Source: Spirochaetia bacterium (GTDB lineage: Bacteria; Spirochaetota; Spirochaetia; UBA9216). Taken from it: a DNA stretch of 64,000 nucleotides. This document shows, piece after piece, positions 63,187 to 64,000 of this stretch; the first letter of the stretch is position 1, and every line of letters starts with the position of its first letter. Made by a program: the position numbers and the translations under genes. The notes under the pieces are model-generated. The model saw only the letters and a list, made by a program, of their open reading frames with translations. It had not been told where the DNA came from and ran no database searches. The stretch is from the NCBI GenBank assembly GCA_963677925.2, contig CAXXYH010000004.1:2112001-2176000 (forward strand), read 5' to 3'.

Positions 63187-64000
63187 ATGAAAGTAGGCAT
63201 AGACAGTTACTGTTATCACCGTCTTTTTGGAGAGGTATATGATGATCAGAAAGCCCCGACAAAAAATATTGATATGGAATGGTTTGTTAAAAGGGCTTCA
63301 GAACTAGGTGTAGATGGAGTGTCTCTGGAATCGTGTTTTTTCCCAAGTTTCAGTTCAGGATATTTAAGTGAGGTTAAAGGACTGCTTGATGAATATAAAT
63401 TTGAGCGTGTATATGCATGGGGTCATCCTGATGGCCTGGAGGGCGGATACAATGAAGCTGCATTTGACGATATGATGAAGCATATGGAATATGCTGAAGC
63501 GATAGGTGCAGATGTTATGCGTGTCTGCGGTGCAAGTCTGATGTTTCGGTTTCGTGATCATGAGTGGATGCTTGATACATTGACGAGGATGTTTCAGAAT
63601 GCAATGCCGACAGCAGAGAGAAAGGGAATAAAAATAGCCGATGAAAATCATATCGACTTTACTTCCGAAGAAATGCTAAGGCTCATTCATCAGATTAACA
63701 GTCCCAATTTCGGTATTAACTTTGATACTGGTAATTTTATGCGGGTACTGGATGATCCTATTGAAGGAATGAAGAAACTTGCACCATATACATTTTCAAC
63801 GCATGTTAAGGATCTGAAACCTCAGGCAAACTGCGGGGTAGGAAGCTGGCATTTCTTTGCCTGCACACCCACAGGGCAGGGGCTTGTTGATAATCTTAAA
63901 CTTGCACAAATTCTAAAAGATGCAGATTATAAAGGTTTTCTCGCAATGGAAATTGATTACCTTCATGAAGACTACAGAAATGACTGGAGTGATGATGATG
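63187..64000 (+). CDS. Sugar phosphate isomerase/epimerase (xylose-isomerase-like TIM barrel), partial
   Basis: Absent from the ORF track because it runs off the edge; MKVGIDSYCYHR..ENH..NFDTGN..THVKD..MEID; GGAGG RBS. Confidence 0.88.
   Translation, partial: MKVGIDSYCYHRLFGEVYDDQKAPTKNIDMEWFVKRASELGVDGVSLESCFFPSFSSGYLSEVKGLLDEYKFERVYAWGHPDGLEGGYNEAAFDDMMKHMEYAEAIGADVMRVCGASLMFRFRDHEWMLDTLTRMFQNAMPTAERKGIKIADENHIDFTSEEMLRLIHQINSPNFGINFDTGNFMRVLDDPIEGMKKLAPYTFSTHVKDLKPQANCGVGSWHFFACTPTGQGLVDNLKLAQILKDADYKGFLAMEIDYLHEDYRNDWSDDD

Overview
64 kb from a spirochaete chromosome (Spirochaetia-type 16S rRNA and gene content). Most of it is core genome: dnaE 3' end, a UPF0164 / TPR / propeller-HAMP-PP2C envelope cluster, rluA-like, long-chain acyl-CoA ligase, dsbD-like, PilZ, comEC, rsmA, dapB-dapA under a lysine riboswitch, pta, prephenate dehydrogenase, bactofilin, mtaB, upp, adk, a complete rrn operon (16S, tRNA-Ala, 23S, 5S) and a LacI-regulated sugar locus. 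The main accessory feature is an AT-rich element of about 13 kb integrated in tRNA-Glu(TTC), bounded by an exact 42-bp direct repeat (34937-34978 / 47999-48040). It has a phage-satellite-like backbone: tyrosine integrase, excisionase-like HTH, double TerS-like HTH protein, AAA_25/RepA-like ATPase and a candidate iteron origin. Its cargo is a five-gene type IV CBASS anti-phage operon (QueC-like Cap9, TGT-like Cap10, CD-NTase beginning MGGSGS, 2-TM SLATT-like effector, OGG-like Cap11) followed by an NLR-like NACHT gene broken by one in-frame TAA. Downstream of the 5S gene is an unexplained duplicated unit of about 228 bp with structure-preserving substitutions and 5S-like ends. All calls come from reading motifs by eye; no searches were run.
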